Part shown: piece by piece, positions 1 through 10,500 of the stretch | Position numbering within the stretch: position 1 is the stretch's first letter | How the letters are laid out: every line of letters begins with the position of its first letter | Source: Candidatus Latescibacterota bacterium | GTDB taxonomy: Bacteria; Latescibacterota; UBA2968; UBA8231 | DNA length: 64,000 bases | Direction of reading: 5' to 3' | Assembly (NCBI GenBank): GCA_965208105.1 | Contig: OZ242318.1 | Location: forward strand, 4,064,001-4,128,000 | The notes under the pieces: generated by a model | What the model saw: only the letters and a program-made list of their open reading frames with translations | What the model was told of the DNA's origin: nothing | The model's database searches: none | Position numbers and translations under genes: made by a program

Positions 1-187
1 ATGTTTTCCACCACTCCAGTGGTTCGTAGGCCCCGTCGATTTTACTGCCGGCAAACTCGTCGGGTAGTCCCGCAACCGGATCGAGGACCGGAGAGTTTCG
101 GCCTGGTGCGAGAGAGCAGGCGGAGACGAGATAGCCGGCGATGGCGGGTAACAGCAACGCCGGGAGATAGTTCCATCGAACCTTCAT
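1..187 (-). CDS. Outer-membrane efflux lipoprotein (OprM/NodT family), N-terminal part; runs off the window's left edge
   Basis: Not in the ORF track. Manual translation from ATG at 187: MKVRWNYLPALLLPAIAGYLVSACSLAPGRNSPVLDPVAGLPDEFAGSKIDGAYEPLEWWKT. Has a lipobox (VSA-C) and the P..F....WW pattern of OprM-type N-termini; GAGG RBS upstream. Confidence 0.7.
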   Translation of the reverse strand, partial: MKVRWNYLPALLLPAIAGYLVSACSLAPGRNSPVLDPVAGLPDEFAGSKIDGAYEPLEWWKT

Positions 188-948
188 CAACCATCCTCGT
201 GGACTTGATCGACCACTGCGTCGCAGTGGTGGTGGAGGGGGCAGGCGCTCCAGGGGTCGGCTTGGCAGCTGTTTCAGGAGCGGGACGGTCATCAAGTCAC
301 ATGCGCATGGTTCCATTGCAAGCTGAACTGTTCAGGGGTAGTATCAAGATAAAATAACTGTTTTCAGATCACAATCGTTGCGTAGATGCACAAATGAAAC
401 CAAATTGGCAATGCGCCTCCGAACAACAGAATTTGCCTCGGGGTAAAGATCGGGAGTCAGGCCTGGCCCGGCTGTTAAGCTGGACAGAGGAGAAAGAAGA
501 ACCAGGCGGTCGAAATCGAAGCCCGAGGGATGTCCCAAAATTTTGGAAAACGTGAAAATTTCCTTCAAATAAAGCTGACACCATGATATTTTCCCCCTTG
601 TCCGAGCCGGTGTCAGGTGCGGCTGATTACCAGGAGTTTGCCGGGGCAGCCGCTGCGAAGGTTGGCGGATCGGCACCGGGAAGCCGGCTCCCGCCGGGTC
701 CTATGGGATGTCCGCGAAGGGGATGGCGGAACCCGGGGACCGGGGTCTTTTCGACCGCCTGGATTTTCCCCGTGGGGTACAGTCCCGGCCTCTTCTCTTT
801 CTCAAGTGATCAGGAACTCTGTCGCATTCGAGTTTGGCACAACCTTTTATCCGACCTGGCAGTTCCCGGATTGGACGGCAGACCACCGGGAGGTCATATC
901 GACCGTCGCCGGGTGCAGGTGTTACCCGAATTCGCCTAGGAGGGCGAC

Positions 949-2211
949 ATGAAATCTTCATTGACACTCACTTTCACCTTCGCATCTACTCTGGTCCTGG
1001 GCTCCTGCTCCGACCGCGATCCTGTTTCTCCGCGGTTCGAAGCCGGTCCCCTCGGTGCGGTTGAGATTGGCAAGGATGAGGGGGTGCAGATTCGTTCGTT
1101 GCTCTCCCAGACCATCGTTCCCTCCCTTGGGACGGCTTCGCGTTACAGCATCGAGCTGGCGGTTCGCGACTTCGGCGGCATCCACGGGCGTGAAATCGAT
1201 CTGGGAGACCCCGTTGATGCCATGTGCTCGCCGGAGGGCGGCAGCGCCGGCGCCGAGCGGATCACCGGCGAAGCCCGGGTGCTGGGAGTGATCGGCACGA
1301 ACTGCTCGGCCGCGGCGGTTGCGGCTTCGCCCCTTGTCAGCGCGGCGGGCCTGGTGATGATCTCGCCATCCAATACCTCGCCCGCACTAACTTCCGATCT
1401 CGCCGGCAACGCCAATTCCGACTACCATCCCGGCTATTTTCGCGTTTCCATCAACGATCTCTACCAGGCCCGCGCCGTGGCCGATTTCGCCTACTCGGAG
1501 CTGGGGCTGCGCCGCATGGCCGCAGTCGACGACGGCGACCCTTACACCGCGGGGCTGGTGAGCGCCTTCGGCGATGCCTTCCGCGGTCTCGGTGGTGAGA
1601 TCGCGGCCACCGCCCGGATCGATAAGGGGGAAACTGTCATGACCTCCGTACTTTCGCAATTCGCGGAAGCCGGCCCCGACGGCATCTTCTTCCCCCTGTT
1701 CGACCGGGAGGGCACCCCCTTCGCGGCGCAGACCCGGGAGTTCGATGGCCTGGAAGGAGTGACCCTCATCACCGGGGCGGCCCTGTTCGTTTCCGAGTTC
1801 CTCGCCACCCCGCAGTCCGCGGGAATCTACTTTGCGGGGCCGGAGACCGATCTGGGGTCCAACGTCAATGCTGCAACCGGGAAGCAGGTGGAGGAGGTGC
1901 TCGCAGCATACATGGCCGCTCACGGTGGGTCTCCGGGCACTCCGTACTGGGCCCATTCCTACGACTCCACCACCCTGCTTCTGAGTGCCATCCGATCCGT
2001 TGCCGTGGTGGAAGGCGGGAAGATGTATGTGGATCGAGCCGAGCTGCGACGGGAAGTCGGAGCCACCGAGGGCTTCCAGGGCCTCCTGGGCGTTCTCTCA
2101 TGCGATGATTTCGGCGACTGCGGCACCGGGCGCATCAACATATATCACCACCCGGACCCGGAGGTAACCGACCCGGCGCAGTTGCCGGTGGTGTACCGGT
2201 TCGCCCCCTGA
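949..2211 (+). CDS. Branched-chain amino acid ABC transporter substrate-binding lipoprotein (LivJ/LivK-like)
   Basis: Lipobox LGSC; GVIGTNCS, MISPSNTSPALT, YFRVSIND and YD motifs of type-1 periplasmic binding proteins; AGGAGG RBS. Confidence 0.85.
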   Translation: MKSSLTLTFTFASTLVLGSCSDRDPVSPRFEAGPLGAVEIGKDEGVQIRSLLSQTIVPSLGTASRYSIELAVRDFGGIHGREIDLGDPVDAMCSPEGGSAGAERITGEARVLGVIGTNCSAAAVAASPLVSAAGLVMISPSNTSPALTSDLAGNANSDYHPGYFRVSINDLYQARAVADFAYSELGLRRMAAVDDGDPYTAGLVSAFGDAFRGLGGEIAATARIDKGETVMTSVLSQFAEAGPDGIFFPLFDREGTPFAAQTREFDGLEGVTLITGAALFVSEFLATPQSAGIYFAGPETDLGSNVNAATGKQVEEVLAAYMAAHGGSPGTPYWAHSYDSTTLLLSAIRSVAVVEGGKMYVDRAELRREVGATEGFQGLLGVLSCDDFGDCGTGRINIYHHPDPEVTDPAQLPVVYRFAP

Positions 2212-2563
2212 TGGTTTGCCAGGGTCCGCTTCCGCATGAGGAGTGCGGGGCGCATTCGGATGGCCGATGATTCCTGACTCACCCTGCCTGTGGCCGGCTC
2301 ATGGGAATCCACCCTTGTCGAGATTCCCAACTCCCCGTCCGACAGGTTCCGGGGTGCCCGCGGTCCGCAGGGGACCGGGGCCGGCAGGACACCGGTGGAA
2401 TGTCTCGGGATGAAAATGGAATCCCCTCCGCCGAGGCATTCCAGCCTGAGGTATTGCGCTCGCTTTCGGACTTGACCAATTTGGGCCTGGCCACCCTTCC
2501 GGGAAGAAAGCCTGTTCCAGCTGACGGTGGTCAGACCTCCCTGGCTGACTCAGGAATTCGAAG

Positions 2564-3703
2564 ATGGCGGAAAAGGCGGGAGAATCCGGCCGCAAGGATG
2601 TGAACTCCGACGGGATTGCAGGGCACCGCGGTCTGCAAGCCTTGCGCGGGGTGGTCCTGCTGCTGGCGGTGGTTCTGCACGCCTCCTCCTTCCTGATTCC
2701 TTTCTTCGGCTTCTGGCCGGTGACCCACCCCTACGCCTGGGAGAGGGGACTCTCCGCCAACATCTACGTTTACATCCTCAGCGCCATCAACGGGTTCGCG
2801 ATGCCCCTGTTTTTCGTGCTCAGCGGGTTCTTCACCGCCTCTCGATGGCAGCACAGGGGACTGCGGGAAATCGCCATGGACGGGATCGAGCTTCTGGTCC
2901 TGCCCTTGCTGATCGGGATGTTCACCATCGTTCCACTCACGCACTGGGCTTTTGCGGGGTTCGACCTTAAATCCTTCACCTGGCCCGAACATTTCTATCA
3001 TCTCTGGATATTCTGGTATCAGTTGTTGATGGTGGCATGGTTCGCCCTGGTTGCAAGGATGGGTTTGCGCTTCCGCCATCGCCTGTGGTGGCTGCTCCTC
3101 CTGCTGCCGGCGGTGCCCCAGTACTTCATGGGACAGACCCTTGGTGCCGACTTCCCGGGGGAGATCATGCCCGCACCCGCCATCCTCGCCTATTTCCTGA
3201 TTTGCTTTCTCCTGGGTGTGTTTCTTCACCAGCGGGGCATTGAAGTTCGGCGGTGGTGGACGGCAGGGTTGCCCCTGGGGCTTCTGGTCATCATGCCTAT
3301 GGCCCTGGCCATTCTGTATGCGGGCAGCTTCGGCGTCATTGACCCGGATGAACCGTGGGTGCCTTTCTCGGCGGCAGCCTTGCAAGTGGTCTATGCCTGG
3401 CTCGCGTGTTTCGGGATGATGGGACTGTTCCGCTGGATTGCGGACCGCGATCGCCCCTGGTCGCGTTATGTGGCGGATGCCGCCCTTTGGATATACTTTG
3501 GACATCTGCCCCTGGTGATTTGGGGACAGACCCTGGCGGTGGAATGGTCTGTCGATCCCCACCTGGCCTTCGCGCTGATCATCCTCCTGGTGACCGGGGT
3601 TCTGGTCCTGGCCTACGCGGGGGGCATCCGCCGTATCTGGTTCGGGAACTTCCCTGCAGCAGCCACAGTCTGCCCATCCCCACCCGAAAACCCTTCCCGG
3701 TGA
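2564..3703 (+). CDS. Membrane acyltransferase family 3 (OpgC/MdoC-like)
   Basis: LRG..LL.VV.H, FAMPLFFVLSGFF, HLWIF and YFGH motifs; about 10 hydrophobic segments. Confidence 0.85.
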   Translation: MAEKAGESGRKDVNSDGIAGHRGLQALRGVVLLLAVVLHASSFLIPFFGFWPVTHPYAWERGLSANIYVYILSAINGFAMPLFFVLSGFFTASRWQHRGLREIAMDGIELLVLPLLIGMFTIVPLTHWAFAGFDLKSFTWPEHFYHLWIFWYQLLMVAWFALVARMGLRFRHRLWWLLLLLPAVPQYFMGQTLGADFPGEIMPAPAILAYFLICFLLGVFLHQRGIEVRRWWTAGLPLGLLVIMPMALAILYAGSFGVIDPDEPWVPFSAAALQVVYAWLACFGMMGLFRWIADRDRPWSRYVADAALWIYFGHLPLVIWGQTLAVEWSVDPHLAFALIILLVTGVLVLAYAGGIRRIWFGNFPAAATVCPSPPENPSR

Positions 3704-3743
3704 GGAAGCGCTGCGCCTCCGAAGCCCGTATTGGAGACCTCGA

Positions 3744-5477
3744 TTGACATCCGCCCACTCTAAGGCCGACATCCGCTACCAACCGGACGATCCCTGTCCG
3801 CCATTGCTGGCCCTGATGGTGGGAGTCCAGGGAATCATGATCGTCCTGGCACCGACGGTGTTGATAGTGGCCATTACTCTCCTGGCGGCCGGCCAGGACG
3901 AACGCCTGATGCCATGGGCGGTCTTCTGCGCCCTGATCATCACCGGTGCAGCCACCGTCTTGCAGGCGGCGAGAATCGGACGGCTGGGCGGCGGGCACCT
4001 GCTCATTACGGGAGTGACACCCAACTTCATCGCGGTTTCGGTCCTGGCTCTGGAGGAGGGCGGTCCGGCCATGCTGGCGAGCCTCGTAGTCGTTTCCTCT
4101 CTCCTCTACCTTGCGGTTGCGGCGTGGCTGCCGTTGTTGCGGCGCATCATTACCCCGGTCGTCTCCGGCACCGTGCTCATGCTGATCGCGGCCATGGTCC
4201 TGCCCATCGCATTCGACCGGCTGGTGGAAGTACCCGAAGGAGCACCTGTGTCCGCGGGTCCGGGCGTGGCCGCGGTGACCCTGCTCGTATCGACGATGAT
4301 GATGCTGCGGGCACCCCGGACCTGGCGGCCCTGGTCGCTGCTGATCGGGATTTTCGCTGGCTGCCTGGCCGCGGTGCCGTTCGGATTATACGACTTCAGC
4401 CTCCTCGAGGCTGCTCCCTGGAGCGGAGTCCCCGACAGCGTGTTCCCGGGACTGGAACTGAAGCCGACACCGGGATTCTGGGCCCTCCTGCCCATGTTTC
4501 TGATCGTGATCCTGGTGCAATCGATCAAGAACATCAGCGACGGCATGGTCGCCCAGCAGGCGGCGAGGATAAGGCCCGGAGCCACTGATTTCCGCCTGAT
4601 TCAGGGATCGATCTACGCCAATGGGGCGGGCATCCTCATGTCGGGCCTTGCGGGGACGCCTCCGACGACCTCCTACTCCTCCCTCACCGCCTCACTCATC
4701 AATCTGACCGGAGTTGCCGCCCGCCGCGTCGGGTATGCCATGGGGGGAATTCTGGTGGCACTGGCCTTCTTTCCCAAAGTGACCGGTGTGCTTCTGGCCA
4801 TTCCCAGCCCGGTCATGGGGGCCTTCCTGCTGATCGCGCTCGGCTTGTTCTTCGTAGAAGGGATCCAGACCCTTGCGCGGGCGGGCCTGGATCCGCAGAA
4901 GGCCATCGTGGCGGGGCTGGCGTTCTCGGTCGGCCTGGGCATGAATCACCATAACATTCTGGAGGAAATCCTGGGCAGTCCCTGGGGAACGTTGCTCGGC
5001 AACGGCATGACCATGGGAACGGTGACGGCGATCGCCCTTACCGCTTTCATGGAACTGACCAAACCCAGGAGCCGGCGCCTGGAGGTGAGCCTGATGTTAT
5101 CCGACCTTTCCCGGATCGACGCCTTTCTCCAGGAAGTTGCCGGCCGGGTGGGCTGGGATTCAACCGCGACCGAGCGCCTGCGCTCCGCGGGAGAGGAGAC
5201 CCTCGTGAGTTTGCTGCAGCCGGGGGACGAGTACCCGGCGGGCGAGGCCCCGCGTCTGATCGTTGTGGCGCGCCCCGAGGGAGGGGCCGTGGAGATGGAA
5301 TTCATGGCGGTTTTCGAGGAGGAGAACCTGGAGGACCGCCTTGCCTGCCTGGACGAGCAGAGCGAAACCGTCGACGAGAGGGAGCTGTCGTTCCGCCTTT
5401 TGAGGCACTACGCTTCCTCGGTGCGGCACCAGAAGTATCACGGCCTGGACATCGTTACGGTTCAGGTGACCAGGTAG
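3744..5477 (+). CDS. supE: NCS2 (xanthine/uracil) family permease with a soluble C-terminal extension; SupE-like
   Basis: Multi-TM protein with ITPVVSGTV, PTTSYS and FFPKV...IPSPVMG motifs typical of NCS2; lies next to supD-A as in published sup clusters. TTG start. Confidence 0.75.
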   Translation: MTSAHSKADIRYQPDDPCPPLLALMVGVQGIMIVLAPTVLIVAITLLAAGQDERLMPWAVFCALIITGAATVLQAARIGRLGGGHLLITGVTPNFIAVSVLALEEGGPAMLASLVVVSSLLYLAVAAWLPLLRRIITPVVSGTVLMLIAAMVLPIAFDRLVEVPEGAPVSAGPGVAAVTLLVSTMMMLRAPRTWRPWSLLIGIFAGCLAAVPFGLYDFSLLEAAPWSGVPDSVFPGLELKPTPGFWALLPMFLIVILVQSIKNISDGMVAQQAARIRPGATDFRLIQGSIYANGAGILMSGLAGTPPTTSYSSLTASLINLTGVAARRVGYAMGGILVALAFFPKVTGVLLAIPSPVMGAFLLIALGLFFVEGIQTLARAGLDPQKAIVAGLAFSVGLGMNHHNILEEILGSPWGTLLGNGMTMGTVTAIALTAFMELTKPRSRRLEVSLMLSDLSRIDAFLQEVAGRVGWDSTATERLRSAGEETLVSLLQPGDEYPAGEAPRLIVVARPEGGAVEMEFMAVFEEENLEDRLACLDEQSETVDERELSFRLLRHYASSVRHQKYHGLDIVTVQVTR

Positions 5478-5489
5478 GGGAATGGTGGG

Positions 5490-6401
5490 TCAGGCCCGCG
5501 CGGCCTGGTCGATGAAGTCGCGCATCAAGTTCACGCACTCCTCCGGTTGTTCCAGTTGCAGGAGGTGCGTCGTTTCCGGCAGGAAATCGTAGTCAACGGT
5601 CAGGATGTGACTGAGGTCCAGGGTCGGCAGGTACGAGAACGGCAAGGTGGGATCTGCGCCGATGACCTTGATCGGGCAACGTAAGGCCGCAAAATCCACC
5701 AGCACGGCAAATGGGGCGGCGTAATCCACGATCTGCGCCTCGTATTCACGCGGACAGCGCAGTTCATAACCTTGACCATCCTCGCATTCGCGCAGGGTGG
5801 TCCTGGCTACGAGGTCGAAGACCCCGGGCACGGCGCGCTGGAAGGTCGGAATGTAGGGGAGAATATCGGTAAACTCCTCCATGGTGCGGAATCGAGGAGT
5901 GCGCCGCCGGGTCATTGCCGCCAACCGCTCGGCCGCCGCATCGAATTCTTCATAGCTGGCACCGCGCTTGCACAGGGGCGGATCGAACAGAACGTAGGCC
6001 GAGAATCCGCTGCCTTTGGCCGGTGACAGGAGCGTCGTCAGCGCCGAGACCGAGTGAAACACCCCTACTCTCGGTTTTTCCCCGTAGTTGCGGTCGATAG
6101 CTTCGAGAATAATGGCGTGGTCCCTGACGAATGTGGGAACGTTGTGGTTTTGCGGGGGGCTGACGGCATTCCATCCGTGGTTGCGGAGATCGTAAATTAT
6201 CAGGTCGTAATCCTCGGTAAGGAGAGACCAGAAAGGGTAGTAGAGGTCAATGGCGAGACCGTTTCCGTGACTCAAAAGAAGACGCGGACCCTCCGGATTC
6301 CCATGACGCCGCAAAGTAATGATGGTGTCGTCGTCCACCTGGACGTCGCTGGTGGAAAAAGGCTCGGGAATTTCCCACTCGGTTTCTCGAGTCGTCTTCA
6401 A
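5490..6401 (-). CDS. supD: Alpha/beta hydrolase, SupD-like
   Basis: LSHGNG, YDLRNHG, FHSVS nucleophile elbow and C-terminal THLLQLEQP His; TTG start overlaps the supC stop (TTGA). Confidence 0.8.
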   Translation of the reverse strand: MKTTRETEWEIPEPFSTSDVQVDDDTIITLRRHGNPEGPRLLLSHGNGLAIDLYYPFWSLLTEDYDLIIYDLRNHGWNAVSPPQNHNVPTFVRDHAIILEAIDRNYGEKPRVGVFHSVSALTTLLSPAKGSGFSAYVLFDPPLCKRGASYEEFDAAAERLAAMTRRRTPRFRTMEEFTDILPYIPTFQRAVPGVFDLVARTTLRECEDGQGYELRCPREYEAQIVDYAAPFAVLVDFAALRCPIKVIGADPTLPFSYLPTLDLSHILTVDYDFLPETTHLLQLEQPEECVNLMRDFIDQAARA

Positions 6402-7114
6402 GGTGAGTCCGGGTCCAGTTCATGGGCAAGGGCGGCGGCAAAACGTTCGTTGCCGAGAGTTTGCAGCCGCCACCTGACCGCAGGAAGGTGAGGAAACTGG
6501 AATACGGCGGTCCTGGTGCCGCGGCGCATGGCAGGCGGGATTTCGAACCCGGACATGTCTTGAGAGAGCCCGGTTCCCAACGCCTTGATGAGCGCTTCCT
6601 TCAGTGTCCAGAAATAATAAAACATGTGAAGCTTGCGGCTTTCGCTCGCCCCTTCCAGTTCGGCTTTTTCACGGGGACCCAGAGTGGTCCCGATCAATTC
6701 ATCGAGATGGGACCTGGAGCCGCGCTCCTCCACGTCCACACCCAGCCGTCCTGCCTCCGCCAGGGCAACCAAGCCATGTCTTCCGCTGTGGCTGAGGTTG
6801 AAGCTGATGGAAGCCGTCCTTCCCTGCACTACCGCGTAGGGCTTTCCGTGATCGGAGGCAGCGAAGGCCAGCTCTTCGTTGCTGCACCCCAGTCGCCGGC
6901 AAAGGATGGCGCGGAGCGCCCCACGACACAAGGCAAATCGACGGCGGGCACCGTCGTGCCGGTAGCGTCTCCAGCGCGCCTTCTCTTCCTCGTCCAGCCA
7001 CCTCCAGGCATGAGCCTCGCGGAGGCCGTGAGCGCACAAGTCGACGTGCAGGATCTTGGCGCCGCCGATTTCGCGGAAGGGAGCCCACCAGCAATCGCCG
7101 CCGGAACCAGGCAT
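6398..7114 (-). CDS. supC: Sfp-type 4'-phosphopantetheinyl transferase, SupC
   Basis: HGKP, FNLSHS, GVDVE and WTLKEALIKALGTGL motifs. Confidence 0.9.
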   Translation of the reverse strand: MPGSGGDCWWAPFREIGGAKILHVDLCAHGLREAHAWRWLDEEEKARWRRYRHDGARRRFALCRGALRAILCRRLGCSNEELAFAASDHGKPYAVVQGRTASISFNLSHSGRHGLVALAEAGRLGVDVEERGSRSHLDELIGTTLGPREKAELEGASESRKLHMFYYFWTLKEALIKALGTGLSQDMSGFEIPPAMRRGTRTAVFQFPHLPAVRWRLQTLGNERFAAALAHELDPDSP

Positions 7115-7135
7115 ATGTCAGAGCACTACCTCTTC

Positions 7136-7191
7136 AAATAAAACCGGCGGCTTCCCAGGCAATGAGTGGCTGCCTGGGAAGCCGCCGGTTT
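7136..7191 (-). terminator. 21-bp perfect hairpin followed by a T-tract downstream of supB (intrinsic terminator or mRNA-stabilising stem)
   Basis: AAACCGGCGGCTTCCCAGGCA (7141-7161), 9-nt loop, TGCCTGGGAAGCCGCCGGTTT (7171-7191); the minus strand ends TTTTATTT. Confidence 0.75.
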
Positions 7192-7220
7192 CCGTTGCGG
7201 TGGATGCCCCGTCCCAGGGT

Positions 7221-7466
7221 TTAACCTGCCTGGGAATCGATGAGCTCAACCACTTCCTGGACGCTTTTGAGCTGCGTGCAGTGTTCGACAGTGAAGGTAA
7301 CGTTGAACTCCTGAGATACCAATTTAGCGAACGCAACGAGATCCGTGGAGGGAACCCCTGCCTCTACGAGGCTGAAATTCAGATCCTGGGGCACATCTAT
7401 TGGCTTCCCGTCTACCTCGATGTTTTCGTCGATGAGCTTTCTGAGGCGGTCTCCGGTTGAGGACAT
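7221..7466 (-). CDS. supB: Free-standing acyl carrier protein, SupB
   Basis: About 81-aa acidic helical protein with SLVEAGVPSTDLV (Ser attachment site), QEFNV and C-terminal SVQEVVELID; AAAGGA RBS; sits between supA and supC. Alternative start at 7472. Confidence 0.8.
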   Translation of the reverse strand: MSSTGDRLRKLIDENIEVDGKPIDVPQDLNFSLVEAGVPSTDLVAFAKLVSQEFNVTFTVEHCTQLKSVQEVVELIDSQAG

Positions 7467-7568
7467 TTTCATTTTCCTTTCTAAATGGTGGAAGAAAATA
7501 AATGGTGGTAGAAAATATGGCTCCAAAAAAAAGACAGAATGACAAAATAGCAAAAGGGCCCTGATGCG

Positions 7569-10500
7569 TCAACCCTCCGTACTCGAATCCGCCCCCGCCT
7601 CGATCCAGTGGCGGCGCCGCTGAAACGGATAGCCCGGCAGCGAGACCCGGCGCCGCGTCTCTCCGGCGAACAACCCTGCGAAGGAAATCGCCATTCCAGC
7701 CTGGTACGCTTGCGCAACCGATGCGACGAAGCCGTCGCCCCACTGACAGTCCGGCCGCAGGCTGGACAGCACGACCGGCGTCTCGACAGCGTCGGCGGAC
7801 TGGGTCCGGGAGCGGGCGACCATCGGCCCCAACACCGCTTCCGGGGCGATTTCCACGATGGCCTGCACGCCCAGCTCGGCCAGGGTTTCAAGGCATTGGC
7901 CAAACGCCATCGACTCACGCGCCTGCCGCTGCCAGTACGCATCGTCGGGCGCATCCTCTTCCTTTATCACCCGTCCCGACACACTGCTCACCAGGGGGAT
8001 GGATGGCGGCGCAACCGCGATCCTTTCCAGTGGGTGCTTTGCGTTCCGGGTCCCTGCCAACCGCAACCCTTCCTCCAGGGAGAACAACCCCGCTGCCTGC
8101 GCTGCCGCGACCTCCCCAACGCCCTGCCCGACCACCGCGCCAGGCCGAATCCCCACGCTCGCCCACAGCGCGGTAAGGGCGCACTCCAGCGCGTACAGAG
8201 CTGGCTGAGTCCACTCCGGGTCGTCAAGAGCTCCCTCCGTTCCTGCCCGGCCGAACATTACCTCCAGAAGCGAAGCGCCTCGATCTTCCCGCAGTTGAGC
8301 GTCGCAGCGATCGAGCACCGCCCGGGCCACCGGCTCGCTTTCGTAGAGGTCCTGACCCACGCCGACCCACTGGCTGCCCTCTCCGCCGTAGGCGAACGCC
8401 ACCTTGGTGGGCGGTTGCGGCTGCGGCCGCTCATCCGCCTCCGCGATGGTCTTCAGTCCGTCGCGCAGCGACTCGACATCGCGGAACACCACGCTGGCGC
8501 GGCAATCGAAATGACTGCGTCCCATGCCCGCAGTCCACGCCATGTCCGCCAGCACGGTTTCCGCGGTCCCCGCATCGGCAAGCTCTTCAGCGCGCTCTTC
8601 GAGCCAGGACAGATAAGCCCCGGCCAATGCCCGCAGGGCGCCCTCCGCCTTGCCCGACAGGGGCAGCACCCGCGTTCCCCGCCCCCGGAACTCTTCCTCT
8701 GACAGCGTCAGGTCCGCCATCGGCTCCGGCAGGGAAACGGTTATTTCTCGCGCAGTGCCCCTGGGCAGGAACCCGTCACTCGATTCGACTCCGGTCTCTT
8801 CTCCGTATCCCTCCACAACGACGTGGGAGTTCGTGCCCGAAATCCCGAAGGCACTCACCCCCGCGCGCGGCGGTCGTCCGTTGTTGCTCGGCCAGTCCGT
8901 CACGGCGGCCACCACCCGCACCGGAAGCTGGTCCCAGTCCAGGTGCGGGTTCGGGTCGCGGAAGTGCAGGTTGGGCGGAATTACTCCCCGCTTCATGGCC
9001 AGCACGGTCTTGATCAGGCTCGCAACCCCGGCGGCCGGCTCCAGGTGGCCGATGTTGGTCTTCACCGAGCCGATCAAAAGCGGACGGTCCGCTTCCCGGT
9101 CCCTGCCGTATACCGCGGCCTCGGCCTGCACCTCGATCGGGTCGCCAAAGCCCGACCCGGAACCGTGGGCTTCCAGGTAATCCACTTCCTCCGGGGCAAC
9201 GCCCCCCCGCTTCAGCGCCTCCTCGATCACCCGCTCCTGCGCCGGACCGTTCGGCACCGTGGGTCCGGCGCTCGCCCCGTTCTGGTTGACCGCCGACCCG
9301 AGAATCACCCCCCAGATGCGGTCGCCGTCGGCCTCTGCCTCGCTCAATCGCTTAAGAACGATCATTCCGCAGCCTTCACTCCGCACGAAGCCGTCGGCAG
9401 CGGCATCGAAGGCCCTGCACCTTCCGCTCGCCGACAACATTCCCAACTCTGCCATCTCCCGGGTCAAATCAGGCGACAGAACCGCCTGTGCGCCTCCTAC
9501 CAGGGCCATGTCCACTTCGCCCTGCTGCAACGCGGAGACGGCATAGTGCACCGCCACCAGTGATGAGGCGCAGTTGAGCTCAACCGGTATCGTGGGCCCT
9601 TCCAGACCCAGGGCGAAGGAAACCCGTCCGACGGTCATGCTCCCCGCGGTACCCAGGTAGCTGACCCCGTAGTCGCCGCCGGCCATTAAGTCCCGGTACT
9701 CGCTGGTGGAAATGCCGGCGTATATCCCGGTCCGGCTGCCCCGCAACCGGTCCGGGTCAATCCCCGCATCCTCGAGGGCCTGCCAGCTCGTCTCCAGCAG
9801 CATCCGCTGCCGTGGATCCATCAGGCGCGCCTCGATCGGGGCGATCCGAAAGAACCTCGAGTCGAATTGCTCGAGCCCTTCCACGAACCCGCCCTGGCGG
9901 TATGCGGCGTAATCGGCGGGAAGATCCTCGGCGAGATCGGCCCAGGACCCGGAATCTCCGCGTCCGTCCGTCACCGCGTCTGCGCCAGCTTCGAGCTGGT
10001 GCCAGAATGCCGGGAGGTCCGGTGCGCCGGGGAACCGGCACGCCATGCCTACGATGGCGATGCCGTCCTCCTCGCCATGCACCGTCGGTCGGGGCTCCGG
10101 CTGAGGTTGAATCTGAGGGGCGGGGGCACTGCCGGTCTCGCCCAGTTCCCCGGCCAGATGCCGCGCGAGAGCGGCGATATCCGGGTAGTCGAACACAACG
10201 GTGTTGGGGACTACGTATTCCTCGGAAAACGCCCGGTTCAGGCGGTTGCGCAACTCTACCGCCATCAGCGAATCCATTCCCAGATCGAAGAATCCCACGG
10301 TCGGCTCCGGCTCAGTCGGAAGCCTCAGCACCGCCTGCACCTCCTGCTGCAGGAAAGTGGCGAGCAGCTCCTCGCGTGCCGGTGCTTCCCGCAAGCGGGA
10401 CAGAAGGTCCTCTGACGAGGCCGGGGAGGCTTCGTCGTCCGAGGCGACGGACAGCAGGTCCTCCAAAAATGGAGGACGGTCTTCCACTGCCTCTTCGAAC

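Noticed and set aside
1-357. Plus-strand 118-aa ORF at the window start
   Set aside because: It is antisense to a better-supported lipoprotein N-terminus on the minus strand and has no recognisable motifs.
344-948. Several short overlapping ORFs, or an ncRNA, in the long intergenic region
   Set aside because: No family motifs, and only a weak 8-bp inverted repeat (CTGACACC/GGTGTCAG); probably divergent promoter DNA.
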